Assembly: GCA_965231055.1 (NCBI GenBank)
Contig: OZ246411.1
Coordinates: 277,041 to 341,040, forward strand
Reading direction: 5' to 3'
DNA length: 64,000 bases
From: an uncultured Candidatus Saccharibacteria bacterium
GTDB taxonomy: Bacteria; Patescibacteriota; CALEFQ01; G965231055
The notes beneath the pieces are model-generated. The model was not told the DNA's origin. It did no database searches and worked only from the letters and a program-made list of their open reading frames with translations. This document shows positions 18,018 through 28,593 of this stretch, one piece after another (position 1 is the first letter of the stretch; every line of letters begins with the position of its first letter). A program made the translations under genes and the position numbers.

Positions 18018-18746
18018 TTGCGAAGTGTAAATCATTTTACGTTGTTTCGTGAATTGCCTAGCTTAGTAGAATTAATTTTTGAAATAATACTAAAATATAT
18101 GGGCGAATTTATGTCCCCTTCACCAGAGGAAATGGGAATCGTGGTTTCCAATAAGTCAGAAACTTTACCCATAGAACATAGTGACTCATCATCTTTAAAG
18201 GCAAATACTATGCGCGAAGATTCATCCCTGATTCAAGGTGGGGAAAAAGAAAAAGTTTCTCCTGAAAAAAAATCTGTTTCTGGGTTAGAATCATTTGCTC
18301 AAAGGGCTAAAAGATTGGCCCAAGAACATGAATTGGATCTCAAAGATTCCAGTGATGCAGCAGAGGCACTTGAGTTGATGCTGGAAAATGGAAGCCAAAT
18401 ATTACACACCGTACCCATTGAATATTCTACTGATATCAATAGAAATGGAATCAAAAGAAAGCGTCCTAGCTGGGAAAAAAGCAATCCATTTAGGGACAAC
18501 GTTATTACTTGTATGGTTGATAACGCTTTCACTCCCAAAAATGAAGCTCGAGATGTTTTCGAAGTCAAAATTACAAAAAATGATTTAGATAATGGAGTGG
18601 TTACACCCATTATCCCACAACCAGGACGCAAAGAATGGTCTGGTACAGTTGATATTCATATAGATATACCTCCTGAAAGACTTAGAAAATTGACTCCAGA
18701 AGAAATCGCCAATATTCAAAGACAGTTAGAGATACGAGCCAATTAG
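18018..18746 (+). CDS. Hypothetical protein; start uncertain (probable ATG 18099)
   Basis: ORF of 242 aa with no recognisable motifs and no clear RBS. Terminator hairpin at 18764-18796. Confidence 0.35.
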   Translation: MRSVNHFTLFRELPSLVELIFEIILKYMGEFMSPSPEEMGIVVSNKSETLPIEHSDSSSLKANTMREDSSLIQGGEKEKVSPEKKSVSGLESFAQRAKRLAQEHELDLKDSSDAAEALELMLENGSQILHTVPIEYSTDINRNGIKRKRPSWEKSNPFRDNVITCMVDNAFTPKNEARDVFEVKITKNDLDNGVVTPIIPQPGRKEWSGTVDIHIDIPPERLRKLTPEEIANIQRQLEIRAN

Positions 18747-18847
18747 CGATTAATAATTTGTTTTAAAACACACTAGTTAACGCTAGTGTGTTTTTGGGTA
18801 AAAGAAATCCCCCTCGAGACAAGCTACGAAGGAGGAGTTTGTGTGGC

Positions 18848-19168
18848 CTAAACCACGGTTGAAGTTCTGAAAGTGATTAAGATTGAATGATCAGTGTGGT
18901 CGGGACGATGAAGTGTCCCAGACGTTGGTGATTCGAGAACAAACTCGAGAAACAATTTAGGTATCTTTAGTGAACCATAATCGATACCTCTATCGATGAT
19001 CACCAAGAGAACGCTCGGAAGTTTCATGAATTTTTCTAACGATTTCAGAGAGCTAACTATCAGGAGAGCTCCTTCGTCGTAGCTAACCCAGTGATTCATG
19101 AATTCCAAGTATTGTCCCATGTACAAGACAATATTGCCCTGTATCACTCGCGACAATGACTCGCTCAT
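18848..19168 (-). CDS. Hypothetical protein (106 aa), higher GC
   Basis: AGGAGG RBS directly upstream of ATG 19168 on the minus strand. Confidence 0.4.
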   Translation of the reverse strand: MSESLSRVIQGNIVLYMGQYLEFMNHWVSYDEGALLIVSSLKSLEKFMKLPSVLLVIIDRGIDYGSLKIPKLFLEFVLESPTSGTLHRPDHTDHSILITFRTSTVV

Positions 19169-19311
19169 AGACTGCCTCCTTTGCTGAATTAACCAACACT
19201 GACACGATAAAGCTTGCTTGTCAATAGTTGCAGCCTGATTTTCAGTGAGTGTTTTTGTTTTGTTGTATTTCGCTCGGAGGTGAGTTTCTAATAATTACTA
19301 GTACGTAAAAT

Positions 19312-19341
19312 AAAAAATCCGGAAATATCCGGTTTTTTATT
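19312..19341 (-). terminator. Bidirectional intrinsic terminator ending the pilus operon
   Basis: AAAAAATCCGGAAATATCCGGTTTTTTAT, a palindrome flanked by A/T runs. Confidence 0.7.
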
Positions 19342-19376
19342 TAGTTTAATATTCACAATTTTATCTGGAATAAAAT

Positions 19377-19658
19377 TTAGTAAAACGAATTTCGGGGCAT
19401 GGGGTTTATTTCTCTTTGCTCTATTTTTTTATCAAATTCATTTTTAACTCTTTTGTATTTTAGCATTTCTTCGTTTGGAATAAGGTTTGAATCAGCTATG
19501 TTTTCATCTGAGGTGTCCGAATTTAGATCCAGCCAAAACCATATTATGAGTACTGCTCCAACTATTACTATTAAAAGCAAAACAAATTCCATCAGATTTT
19601 CTGTGGAAACTTTTTTGAATATACTTTTTAGTTTTGGTGATAGTTCTATTTTTTTCAT
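19377..19658 (-). CDS. Small membrane protein (93 aa), last gene of the pilus operon
   Basis: One TM helix (FVLLLIVIVGAVLIIWFWL). Overlaps the pilO stop by 4 nt. Confidence 0.4.
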   Translation of the reverse strand: MKKIELSPKLKSIFKKVSTENLMEFVLLLIVIVGAVLIIWFWLDLNSDTSDENIADSNLIPNEEMLKYKRVKNEFDKKIEQREINPMPRNSFY

Positions 19659-20251
19659 TGTTGTTTGGCGTAAGTATTTGCTGTGATTGTTGCCTTTATT
19701 CCATTTGCTGGAATTGATAGCTCTTCCCCACTCTCCATGGGCCTTGTGAATTCTATTGAATTTATTTTTATGTATAGATCCGTGCTTTCCAGTGCCTCTA
19801 GATAATTCAAAATTCCATCAAAAGAGGCCCCTATTTTTAGTTGAAAATCTACGATTTCTATGTCCGTGCCTTCTAGTTTCGTACTTTGGGTTTGAACTGT
19901 TTTCGCTCTGTTGTTTGTGTTATCTTCGCCTAGCATTGCGATTTGCTGAGATACTCCTTTGTCCGATGCTAGCTTTTCAAGTGTATTTATGAGATTTATT
20001 TCGTCTCCTTTTGTGAGTGTGGTAGTTTCGAGTCTATCTGAGTTTTCAAGTATGGAATCAATCAGCTCTAGAGTAGAAGATGCTTTTGAATTTGAGGTGT
20101 AGTTTCGTAGCTCCTGCTTGCTTTGTATTATGGCTAGTTTGTTTGAATTGATTTTTTCTACGCTTTTGTAAATTACAAAATACCCCAAACACGAAACCGA
20201 AATGAGTAACAATATTATTATAAGTTTTGAACTATTTATCTGTTTTTTCAT
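19655..20251 (-). CDS. pilO: Type IV pilus assembly protein PilO-like
   Basis: N-terminal TM, coiled coil, and position after pilM and pilN. Confidence 0.5.
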   Translation of the reverse strand: MKKQINSSKLIIILLLISVSCLGYFVIYKSVEKINSNKLAIIQSKQELRNYTSNSKASSTLELIDSILENSDRLETTTLTKGDEINLINTLEKLASDKGVSQQIAMLGEDNTNNRAKTVQTQSTKLEGTDIEIVDFQLKIGASFDGILNYLEALESTDLYIKINSIEFTRPMESGEELSIPANGIKATITANTYAKQQ

Positions 20252-20807
20252 TTGAAAGCTTTTTTATTTCTGCTTGATTTGGTATTATTTCTATTTCGAA
20301 ATTTATATTTGACTGAGCTACTAAGTTTGAGAGCGGATTTTCTACCCTTGAAACCGAGGGAAGATTTTTTAGGTTATCTATGAAGCTAAGTAGTTTATCT
20401 CTAGATAGTGAATTGCCTTTTATAGTGATTTTACTCTCAGTGAAATTCATAGAAACACTTTCAAGTCTTGTGTTGTCTGGTATGGCACTATATATAGATG
20501 CCACAAAGCTTGATATATATAGTTGATCCTTTTGTACTTCTGATAAATCATCAGCTAGGGTTTGCATTTTGTCTAGTTGATTTTGTTTTTTTATGAGCTC
20601 TGTGTTTGCTGGTAATAGTTTTGCGTTTGTGAGCTGATTTTGCATCATCTCTTCCTCGTCTCCTGTTACTTTTTCGAAACTAATTATTACCAATGAAAAA
20701 ACCAATACACAAAAAGCAAAAATAAAAGTCAGAAACATGAATTTTCTAATCTTGTTTCTGTTTTTTAGTTCTGTTTTCAGATTTTCTGGAAGTAGGTTTG
20801 TTTCCAT
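20232..20807 (-). CDS. pilN: Type IV pilus assembly protein PilN-like
   Basis: Short cytoplasmic N-terminus, TM (FMFLTFIFAFCVLVFSLVI), periplasmic domain. Follows pilM with a 1-nt overlap. Confidence 0.55.
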   Translation of the reverse strand: METNLLPENLKTELKNRNKIRKFMFLTFIFAFCVLVFSLVIISFEKVTGDEEEMMQNQLTNAKLLPANTELIKKQNQLDKMQTLADDLSEVQKDQLYISSFVASIYSAIPDNTRLESVSMNFTESKITIKGNSLSRDKLLSFIDNLKNLPSVSRVENPLSNLVAQSNINFEIEIIPNQAEIKKLSNEKTDK

Positions 20808-21883
20808 TAGTAGTTTTTGTTGTTGGCTCCTCTAATTGCTAGGCCTATTACGGTAGCAAATCCAGCGGAGTGTTCGTTACTTGATTTAAAAATATGCTCA
20901 ACTTGTTTCTTCTCTACGTTTACCCACGGGTTTCCTATTAGAACCGGTAAATTTAGTATTTTGCTTAGTTGGTTATCTATTCCTTTTAGTTTTGCTCCTC
21001 CACCAGATAGTAGTATTTTTAGGTCGTTACCTTTTTCACTAAAGTGTTCATTGAAAAAGTTTATCGTTCCTTTTATTTCGTTGGCTAGGGTTTTTATAAC
21101 ATCCCCCACTGCCAAATTTGTTTCTGGCTGAGTGTCTGAGGTAAGATCAATGCTCTTTTTGATTTTCTCCGCTTGTGAAAATAACAAGTTTTTTGTTTTT
21201 TGTATGGCTTCGGTGATAGATTTTCCCGCAGTTTCGAGGCTAGAAGTAAAAAGAGGAATATTTTCTTTAAATATTGCTAGTCCAGTTCTATTTGTACCTA
21301 TGTCTATAATGAGGCAAGGAGTTTTTTGATCTTTTTCTGTGAGCATACTTCTTGCCAACGAAAAAGATTCTATTTCCATGGAGATGGGCTTTAGCCCTGC
21401 AGAAACTAGTATCTCTATCATCGGATCTACTGTGTTTTTTGGAGCTGCCGTGAATAAAATCTTTTGAGATGGCTTACTACTGATTATATTGAAATCGGTA
21501 TAAACTTCGTTTATGCCAAGCGGAATATGCTGTTCTGCTTCATACATCAATTCTTCTTTTAGATTTTCTTTATCTAGTGGAAAATCAGTGCCGATAGTTC
21601 TTACGAAGCATTTTGATTCGGGAAGTGATGCTATGACTAGTTTTGTATCTAGTTTTCCAAATTCCGGTTTTGATATAGAATCTAGGATTATTTCTTTTAG
21701 TATTTTGGGGTCTTTGATCTCATCTTTTACTATAACTCCCTGAGGGAAAGCGGTTTCTTTGAATCCAGCTACTCTAAGAGTGCCTCCTGAGTATTTCAAA
21801 AGCATAATCTTTAGTGAAGAATCGCTGATGTCTATACCAAGCGCAGGTTTTCTTATGGCGAATATGTCTTTTGTATTTTTCAT
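20807..21883 (-). CDS. pilM: Type IV pilus assembly ATPase-like protein PilM (actin fold)
   Basis: LGIDISDSSLKIMLL, an actin/FtsA-like N-terminus, and the PilM family size (358 aa). Confidence 0.75.
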   Translation of the reverse strand: MKNTKDIFAIRKPALGIDISDSSLKIMLLKYSGGTLRVAGFKETAFPQGVIVKDEIKDPKILKEIILDSISKPEFGKLDTKLVIASLPESKCFVRTIGTDFPLDKENLKEELMYEAEQHIPLGINEVYTDFNIISSKPSQKILFTAAPKNTVDPMIEILVSAGLKPISMEIESFSLARSMLTEKDQKTPCLIIDIGTNRTGLAIFKENIPLFTSSLETAGKSITEAIQKTKNLLFSQAEKIKKSIDLTSDTQPETNLAVGDVIKTLANEIKGTINFFNEHFSEKGNDLKILLSGGGAKLKGIDNQLSKILNLPVLIGNPWVNVEKKQVEHIFKSSNEHSAGFATVIGLAIRGANNKNY

Positions 21884-21942
21884 TTTTACGAGAATTGCTT
21901 TGCTATAATCTTAGACTGTATTAACTAAAAGTCAATATGATT

Positions 21943-23331
21943 TTACGGATTGGCTACTTCTTGCCATGAAACAAGTTCGTATTGTCCACTTACAGACAGT
22001 GTCGGAAAATATGGAGGAGGACTTTCTAATAAGTATGAATTGTAATCGTAGTTTGTGTTTATAAAACCTGATGAGTAATTGGGATAAGTTCCATATTTTA
22101 GGGCACTTGGCTCGTTGCTTATTATTGCGCCCAAGACATCTAGTGTTGATTTGGTGTTTCCAGGATACTGCGCTCTGAAGACTTTGCCTTTTTGGGCTAT
22201 CATAGCGGCGTGGATGATCGTATCTTCTGGAACATGAAAGGGAAACTCTACATTTCCTTGAGCTATTAGTCCTAATGAATCAATCTGCGGACCATTTACG
22301 TAAGTAGTATTTGCATTAATAATAATATCTGTGTAGTTGGCTATTTGTTCTGGAAATTTTGCAGAAGCTACCGTTACTCTTCCCGAGAGCTCCCCATCCA
22401 CCCAGACATCATCTTCCACAAAAATAATTCCATTTGAAGGAAGTGGGTAAGTACCTATGAGTGTTTGCTGTTGTATTTCTAGTCTTTTTTTGACCCATCC
22501 TTTTCCGGGAACATATCCATCATGGCCTTGCTTTAGTCTAGTGATATTGTAAACATCATATGTTCCATTTGCATTGAAATTTATGTGGTATCCAATATTT
22601 TCAGTACTTGCTAAATACTTTCCTCCGTTTTGTGCAGAAGTTTTCATTTCTCCCAAGTCCACAGAAATATCGTCAAAATTTATCAATGATACTGGAAATT
22701 CCCAAAATGAAGATGGACATGTGTCGGGAAGCCCCGTACTTCTCCATACTCCATCTTTGGTTGTTCCGTCGTAATCGTAATCTGGTTTGTAGCTTGATAC
22801 TATAGAATCACATGCGCCATCAAATTTTATTCCGCCGTTACTGTGAACTCTTCCAGAAACCGAGGTTGTAGCTGAGAAATCAACATTGCTATTTAGCAAA
22901 AACATAAAGTTGGCAAGCGTGGGTATTCCATATTTAGCTTCTATTGTTCTCTTTCTTTCTGGATTTGAAAGTAGATATGAGGTGGATCTTACTGTAACTG
23001 TTGATGATCCCACATCTGGCGGATCAATCTCTAGCGAATATCTGCCTATTACATCTCCTGCTGGATCTTTGAAGTCATGAACATATGGTCCGGCATTTCC
23101 GCTTCCTTGTCCGTCAAAATAGTCATCTGGATTGTGGGCCAAAACCCATTTGTAATGATTTATTCCCGCTTCCGAGATATCCAAAATTTGCTCCTTATTG
23201 TTTTCAATTCTCGTTGCTGTGTGTTGAGTGGAGACATACTGCAAAATAACACTAGCCACCGCAACAATGATTGATGTAAATATTAGTGCCTGAATTAATA
23301 TTGATCCTTTTGTGTTTTTGATGTTTTTCAT
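21943..23331 (-). CDS. PilX-N-like minor pilin/pilus-associated protein (462 aa)
   Basis: N-terminus KGSILIQALIFTSIIVAVASVILQYVSTQ resembles the PilX_N domain. Large beta-rich C-terminus. Confidence 0.45.
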   Translation of the reverse strand: MKNIKNTKGSILIQALIFTSIIVAVASVILQYVSTQHTATRIENNKEQILDISEAGINHYKWVLAHNPDDYFDGQGSGNAGPYVHDFKDPAGDVIGRYSLEIDPPDVGSSTVTVRSTSYLLSNPERKRTIEAKYGIPTLANFMFLLNSNVDFSATTSVSGRVHSNGGIKFDGACDSIVSSYKPDYDYDGTTKDGVWRSTGLPDTCPSSFWEFPVSLINFDDISVDLGEMKTSAQNGGKYLASTENIGYHINFNANGTYDVYNITRLKQGHDGYVPGKGWVKKRLEIQQQTLIGTYPLPSNGIIFVEDDVWVDGELSGRVTVASAKFPEQIANYTDIIINANTTYVNGPQIDSLGLIAQGNVEFPFHVPEDTIIHAAMIAQKGKVFRAQYPGNTKSTLDVLGAIISNEPSALKYGTYPNYSSGFINTNYDYNSYLLESPPPYFPTLSVSGQYELVSWQEVANP

Positions 23332-23918
23332 TTCAAATTTCTAAGTTTTACCAATGTTGAAAATACTATTTTTGAATTTGATTCTACGTTCTCTTCCAAT
23401 GCGCATATCATGGATATCTTGGCGACTCTCACATCGCTTTCGCTTATTGGGTCGCTTATTGGATTTTGTGTACCACTGAAATCTGATCCGTAGTATGCAA
23501 AAATATTGTCTCCCACTTCTTGAGAAAAGTGTGATGAGATGTTTACTGTATTCGTTGCACTCTCGGGATATATTTCATTGACCGGCTCAAAAATTTCTTT
23601 AGTAATAATTTTTGAATTTTTTGATATTTTTATTTTTTCCACTGTTCCGTCAAGATCGGTATCAGAATAAAATATTATTTGATTACTTTCAGCTAAGGCT
23701 AGTGGGAATGCGCCGTTTTCTCCTTCAATCATGCTTATCATATCTTTCTCGACTCCACTAAGTGCTCTTTGACATTCTTCTCCTACCGAAGCTTTTTCTA
23801 CAGCTACTCTCTGCATTCTAAATGAATCAGTGAGTAAAGTTGATATCATAGCCATAACTATTCCGGTTATACCTATTACAACAACTATCTCCATCAATGT
23901 GAAACCTTTTTGTGACAT
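23328..23918 (-). CDS. Type IV pilin/pseudopilin with prepilin-type N-terminal cleavage/methylation motif
   Basis: MSQKGFTLMEIVVVIGITGIVMAM, the classic G/FTLxE class III signal. Confidence 0.7.
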   Translation of the reverse strand: MSQKGFTLMEIVVVIGITGIVMAMISTLLTDSFRMQRVAVEKASVGEECQRALSGVEKDMISMIEGENGAFPLALAESNQIIFYSDTDLDGTVEKIKISKNSKIITKEIFEPVNEIYPESATNTVNISSHFSQEVGDNIFAYYGSDFSGTQNPISDPISESDVRVAKISMICALEENVESNSKIVFSTLVKLRNLK

Positions 23919-23940
23919 AAAATACCAGTGTTAAAATTAT

Positions 23941-25248
23941 TTATAGAGGTTCTAGCTCGTAAGTTTTCCAAATTGGCCCATTTGTATTTATCAATTCATT
24001 TATCGTGTTGTATCCGGGTACTGTTATATTTATTGTGTATGCTGTATTTTCCAGCGATTCAAAAAATACTTGTCCATAATCAGTCACTCCCCTAGTTTCA
24101 TCATATCCTTCTTTACTTAGATTTACATTTGCAGGATAGATTGGTGATTTGGTATCTATATCAAGTAGTGTCGTAAGAAGATTGAAATCTGTTTTGGGTA
24201 CCATGAAGATGCCTATGTTTCCACTCGTCGCTGGGTCTAGATCTAGTCCATTGGCAGGATTGATGCCTCCTATATTGTATTCAGATTCACCGGGTCCATA
24301 TGTTGTGAAATAAGTATCAAATTCCATTCCCGTAAGAGTTAGTACTCCATTTTCAGGGGTGATTATGTCTTGGTCGTATTTGTAAACTGGATTTCCCGCG
24401 CCATCTGTTCCCAGCACCTTGTTTCCTCTTAGGTGTAGTGAAATATTTCCAACTGCTTCAGCTGTAGCTTTGTCTGTTGTTACTATTGTTAGGTTTGAAA
24501 CTCTGTCTATGGACAAGGCTATTGGATTTACTTGATCTTCCAAAACCGAAGGGTCAGCTTTGTCGGGACTTGGAGTAATATTTAATCCCGGAGTGATAGT
24601 ATAGTCCGAACTATGTCCTGATTTAGAAGCGACTACATGATATATTTCTGTTCCTGGGTTTAAGTTGTATTGGAAAAGTATGCCGTTTATATCTGTGTAA
24701 CCATAAAAATATTCTCCTGTTCCATTTCTTGTAAATTCTACCTTGGCTCCTTCTACGGGGTCACCATTCGCAGAAGCTACTATTACTTTGAGAGTTCCTT
24801 TTCCTTCTGAGATCTCAGTTTGACCTGAGGAAAAATCACTTATCATTGTTACTGGATTTGTACATTCTATTTCTTTCCAGCATACGGAAATTTTTACTCT
24901 TTTATAATCATTTGGTGCAGTATCTCCTTCCTCTACCGTTCCATCGTAGAGATCATCAAACCACGAAATATATGTTTCTATATTGAAATCTGAATTTGCT
25001 ACGGTTTCTGTTTTTGTGTTTGGTAAATTTCCCGAAGGATTGCCTTGCAACGTTCCTATATTTTCGTATTCCATATTTCTTATGATTTCCATTTCTTGGT
25101 TTGCTACCTTTGAGGCAAGGGCTTGGAGTCTGTTTTGGTTTACTGTTTTAAATATCGTTGTAAAAAGAGAATAAACAGCAGTTATGATTATTAAAAACAC
25201 GCCGATACTTATAAGTAGTTCAATAAGGGTAAACGCTTTCTTGTTCAT
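23941..25248 (-). CDS. Large (435 aa) prepilin-type protein, possible tip adhesin
   Basis: MNKKAFTLIELLISIGVFLIIITAV prepilin motif. The C-terminus contains a carboxypeptidase-regulatory-like beta-sandwich region. Confidence 0.65.
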   Translation of the reverse strand: MNKKAFTLIELLISIGVFLIIITAVYSLFTTIFKTVNQNRLQALASKVANQEMEIIRNMEYENIGTLQGNPSGNLPNTKTETVANSDFNIETYISWFDDLYDGTVEEGDTAPNDYKRVKISVCWKEIECTNPVTMISDFSSGQTEISEGKGTLKVIVASANGDPVEGAKVEFTRNGTGEYFYGYTDINGILFQYNLNPGTEIYHVVASKSGHSSDYTITPGLNITPSPDKADPSVLEDQVNPIALSIDRVSNLTIVTTDKATAEAVGNISLHLRGNKVLGTDGAGNPVYKYDQDIITPENGVLTLTGMEFDTYFTTYGPGESEYNIGGINPANGLDLDPATSGNIGIFMVPKTDFNLLTTLLDIDTKSPIYPANVNLSKEGYDETRGVTDYGQVFFESLENTAYTINITVPGYNTINELINTNGPIWKTYELEPL

Positions 25249-26456
25249 TAGATTTGACCTGTTAGGGAGTAAATTGGAGATATAACTGAAACAGCAACCA
25301 CGGCAACTCCCACTCCGAGTATTAGCATTAGTACCGGTTCTATGATAGACGAAATATTTTTAAGTTCTTGATCAACTTCTGATTCGTAAAAAGAAGCGAT
25401 TTCGTTCAAAATCTCATCCAAGCTTCCAGTTTCTTCTCCTACGGAGATGATTTGGTTTACAACAGGAGGAAATATGTTTGAAAATTTTGCTAGTCCTTGG
25501 GACAGCGAATCTCCTTTTTTCACTATTTCAGCTGAATATAGTAGAGCCTCTCTGTATTTCAAGTTTCCTAGTGACGCAGCAGTAATTTCTAGCGCTTTTA
25601 CTACTGGTACTCCACTTTTTAGCATTGAGCTAAGCGATCTTGCAAATCTTGCCGTGTTTATCTCCTTTATTATCATTCCCACCTTTGGAAGCTTGAGTCC
25701 TGCCATGCTTGACATTTGTTTGCCTTTTTCAGTTTTGAAAAACATAACAAATAAAACAACTATTACTGCCAAAACCCCTACTGCTATTGGCCATTTGTAG
25801 ATCAGGAAATTGCTTGCCCCTATAAGCATTTTAGTTGTAATTGGAAGATCTGCTTCGAAGCTATCAAAAATTTGAGTTAACTTTGGCATCACAAAAACGA
25901 CCATCATAATAGCTATTCCTACCATTGCTGTAAGTATAACTATAGGATAATACATCGCACCTTTCACTTTTCTTATTAGTTCATAATCCCTCTGCATTTG
26001 AAATGCTAGCTGTAAAAGAACTTTATCAAGACTTCCGGAAAGCTCTCCGATATTGATCATGCTAGTAAACATAGAAGGAAATATTCTAGGATATGCACTC
26101 ATGCTTTCTGCTAAGGGTTTTCCTGATTCAACTCCTTTGTATATTTCGCTAAGTATTTCTTTGAAATATTTATTCTTTGTTTGATCTTTTAGGTTTCCTA
26201 GTGCTCTTGAAAGAGAGAGACCTGATTTGAGCATTATCGCCAAGTGTCTCGTGAAAAGAACTTTTTCCATAAGAGGTACACCCGTAGTTATTTGTATATC
26301 TAGCAGGCTTTTCTTTTTTTTCTTTTCTTCTGAGTGTACCAAATACAACCCCTTCTTTCTGAGGGTTTCTGTGAGAGTTCTTTTGTCTGCTACTACCATT
26401 TCACCCTTATGGTCCTCTCCGTTTTTATTTTTTGCTTCGTATGAATATGTTGCCAC
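25248..26456 (-). CDS. pilC: Type IV pilus inner-membrane platform protein PilC (GspF family)
   Basis: Duplicated GspF domains and three TM segments. Confidence 0.85.
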   Translation of the reverse strand: MATYSYEAKNKNGEDHKGEMVVADKRTLTETLRKKGLYLVHSEEKKKKKSLLDIQITTGVPLMEKVLFTRHLAIMLKSGLSLSRALGNLKDQTKNKYFKEILSEIYKGVESGKPLAESMSAYPRIFPSMFTSMINIGELSGSLDKVLLQLAFQMQRDYELIRKVKGAMYYPIVILTAMVGIAIMMVVFVMPKLTQIFDSFEADLPITTKMLIGASNFLIYKWPIAVGVLAVIVVLFVMFFKTEKGKQMSSMAGLKLPKVGMIIKEINTARFARSLSSMLKSGVPVVKALEITAASLGNLKYREALLYSAEIVKKGDSLSQGLAKFSNIFPPVVNQIISVGEETGSLDEILNEIASFYESEVDQELKNISSIIEPVLMLILGVGVAVVAVSVISPIYSLTGQI

Positions 26457-26481
26457 TTGCCAATTATTAAAAAATTATAAT

Positions 26482-28218
26482 CTAATCTTGGGTTACTCTT
26501 AAAACTTCTTCTATCGTCGTGACTCCCGTAGCTGATTTTATAAATCCATCATTGAGCATGGTTATCATTCCCTCTTCTATCGCTTTTTTCTCTATTTTTT
26601 CTGTAGAAGCTCTTTGTTCTACCAATTCTTGAATTGCAGTAGTTACTTCCAAAACTTCGTAAATACCTATTCTTCCTTTAAATCCTTTGTTGTGACAATT
26701 TACACAACCCTTGCCTCTGAAAAACTTCAGATTTTCTATTTCAGCTTTTTCTGGAACAAGCTTTTCTTTCTTCATGGTTTCTACTACTTTATTCAAGTCG
26801 TAGTGCTGTTGGATTTCTTTGAGAGTTTTCGCATCGGGTGAATATGATTCTATGCATTTGGGGCATATCCTTCTTACCAGTCTTTGTCCCACTATTACAT
26901 TGATCGTTGATGATGCTAAGTATGGTTCTACTTCCATATCCAGAAGTCTAGGAACAGCTCCCGAAGCATTGTTGGTGTGAAGTGTGGAAAGCACTATGTG
27001 CCCGGTAAGTGCTGAGTGAATCGCTATTTCTGCTGTTTCATTGTCTCTGATTTCCCCTACCATTATTATGTCAGGGTCCTGTCTCAAAAGAGATCGTAGC
27101 CCCTTTGCAAAAGTGAGTCCTATCTGGGGATGTACCTGTGTTTGGTTTATTCTGGGCATGTGGTATTCAACCGGATCTTCTATTGTGGCGATATTTACGT
27201 CTGTAGTATTTAAAACATTGAGTATCGAATAAAGAGTGGTAGTTTTTCCTGATCCCGTAGGTCCCGTGACAAGCACCATTCCATGTGGTTTTTGTATGGC
27301 GTTTTTTATTATTTCAAGTGCCGAGTGCTGAAAGCCTAGTTGCTCTAGTGTCAGTATCTGGGTTCCTTCTTTTAGAATTCTAAGTACCACTTTTTCTCCT
27401 CCAAAAACTGGTATCGTTGAAACACGAAAAGAGACTTTGTAGTCGGAACTCTCTTTTTTAAATCGTCCGTCTTGTGGGAGTCGTTGCTCGTCAATTTTTA
27501 GATTTGATAGTACTTTGATTCTTGCGATGATGGCTCTTAGTGTTTGTTTTGGAAGAGTCATTACGTCTTTCAAAATTCCATCCACTCGGTATCTCACCAC
27601 TAGTTCCAGGTCTAGGGGCTCTATGTGTATGTCGGAAGCATCTTCTAGTATTGCGTGCTCAAGAATAGAATCAACTATTTTAATTACGGGCATGTCTTGA
27701 GCTATTTCTTCCAAGCTTTTGTCTGTGCCTTCTACTTTTTGAACTTTATTCACTTCGCTTAAAATATCTTCAAATTCTGATTTGAGACTTTGTTTGTATA
27801 GTTTCAGTGCAAAATTTATTCCCGAAGTTGTAGTTAGATACACTACTGTCTTTTTGCCCGTTTTCTTTTTTATTGATTCGCTTGTCTCTAAATCTGTGGG
27901 ATCCGCCATCGCTATCTTCAAAGTTTTTGGATCACTTTCAAATGCTATTATTCTATGTTCTCTAGCAAGTGGCTCGGGAATAATTGATAGTACTTCCTTT
28001 TTTATTTCCGTGTTTTCCAAATCAACAAACTCAAAACTTATGTTTTGAGCGATTGCTTTGTACAAATCTTTTTCCTTTACAATATTTTCAGATATCAAAA
28101 ATTGCTCCAAGTCTTCTTTGCTTGTTTTGTGTTTTTCTTTCACTTCTTGAAGTTTTGATGCGGTGAGAAAACCTTTTTCTATTATTATTTTTTCTAGTTC
28201 TGATTGATTGATAATCAT
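26482..28218 (-). CDS. pilB: Type IV pilus assembly ATPase PilB (GspE family)
   Basis: Walker A VLVTGPTGSGKTTTLYS, Asp/His boxes, and C-terminal CxxC...CxxC. Confidence 0.9.
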   Translation of the reverse strand: MIINQSELEKIIIEKGFLTASKLQEVKEKHKTSKEDLEQFLISENIVKEKDLYKAIAQNISFEFVDLENTEIKKEVLSIIPEPLAREHRIIAFESDPKTLKIAMADPTDLETSESIKKKTGKKTVVYLTTTSGINFALKLYKQSLKSEFEDILSEVNKVQKVEGTDKSLEEIAQDMPVIKIVDSILEHAILEDASDIHIEPLDLELVVRYRVDGILKDVMTLPKQTLRAIIARIKVLSNLKIDEQRLPQDGRFKKESSDYKVSFRVSTIPVFGGEKVVLRILKEGTQILTLEQLGFQHSALEIIKNAIQKPHGMVLVTGPTGSGKTTTLYSILNVLNTTDVNIATIEDPVEYHMPRINQTQVHPQIGLTFAKGLRSLLRQDPDIIMVGEIRDNETAEIAIHSALTGHIVLSTLHTNNASGAVPRLLDMEVEPYLASSTINVIVGQRLVRRICPKCIESYSPDAKTLKEIQQHYDLNKVVETMKKEKLVPEKAEIENLKFFRGKGCVNCHNKGFKGRIGIYEVLEVTTAIQELVEQRASTEKIEKKAIEEGMITMLNDGFIKSATGVTTIEEVLRVTQD

Positions 28219-28584
28219 TTAAGCTTTCTTTTTTATATTGTTTACGATTTCTTCAAGTGAACTATCTGCTTTTGTTATAAAATCTATTGCTCCCAGTTTT
28301 TTACACCTATCTTCTGTCTCCTTTTCTCCTAGGTTGGTAACTATAATTACTGGAATTTTCTTGGTTTCGTTGTTTTTCTTTAGATCCTCCAAGACTTGAA
28401 ATCCATCCATTTCAGGGAGTCGTAGGTCTAATACTATTAGATTTGGCTTACTGGATCGTGCCAAGACCAATCCTTCTTTTCCATTCGTTGCTGTTAGAGC
28501 TTCTAGTCCCTCCACATTCAATGTCGCGGAAAGCGCATACAATAGAGCGGTTTCATCCTCTATTATTAGTATTTTTTTATTCAT
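28219..28584 (-). CDS. Single-domain response regulator (CheY-like receiver)
   Basis: ILIIEDE ... LIVLDLRLPEMDG ... phospho-acceptor Asp and a conserved K. Confidence 0.8.
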   Translation of the reverse strand: MNKKILIIEDETALLYALSATLNVEGLEALTATNGKEGLVLARSSKPNLIVLDLRLPEMDGFQVLEDLKKNNETKKIPVIIVTNLGEKETEDRCKKLGAIDFITKADSSLEEIVNNIKKKA

Positions 28585-28593
28585 AAATTAAAA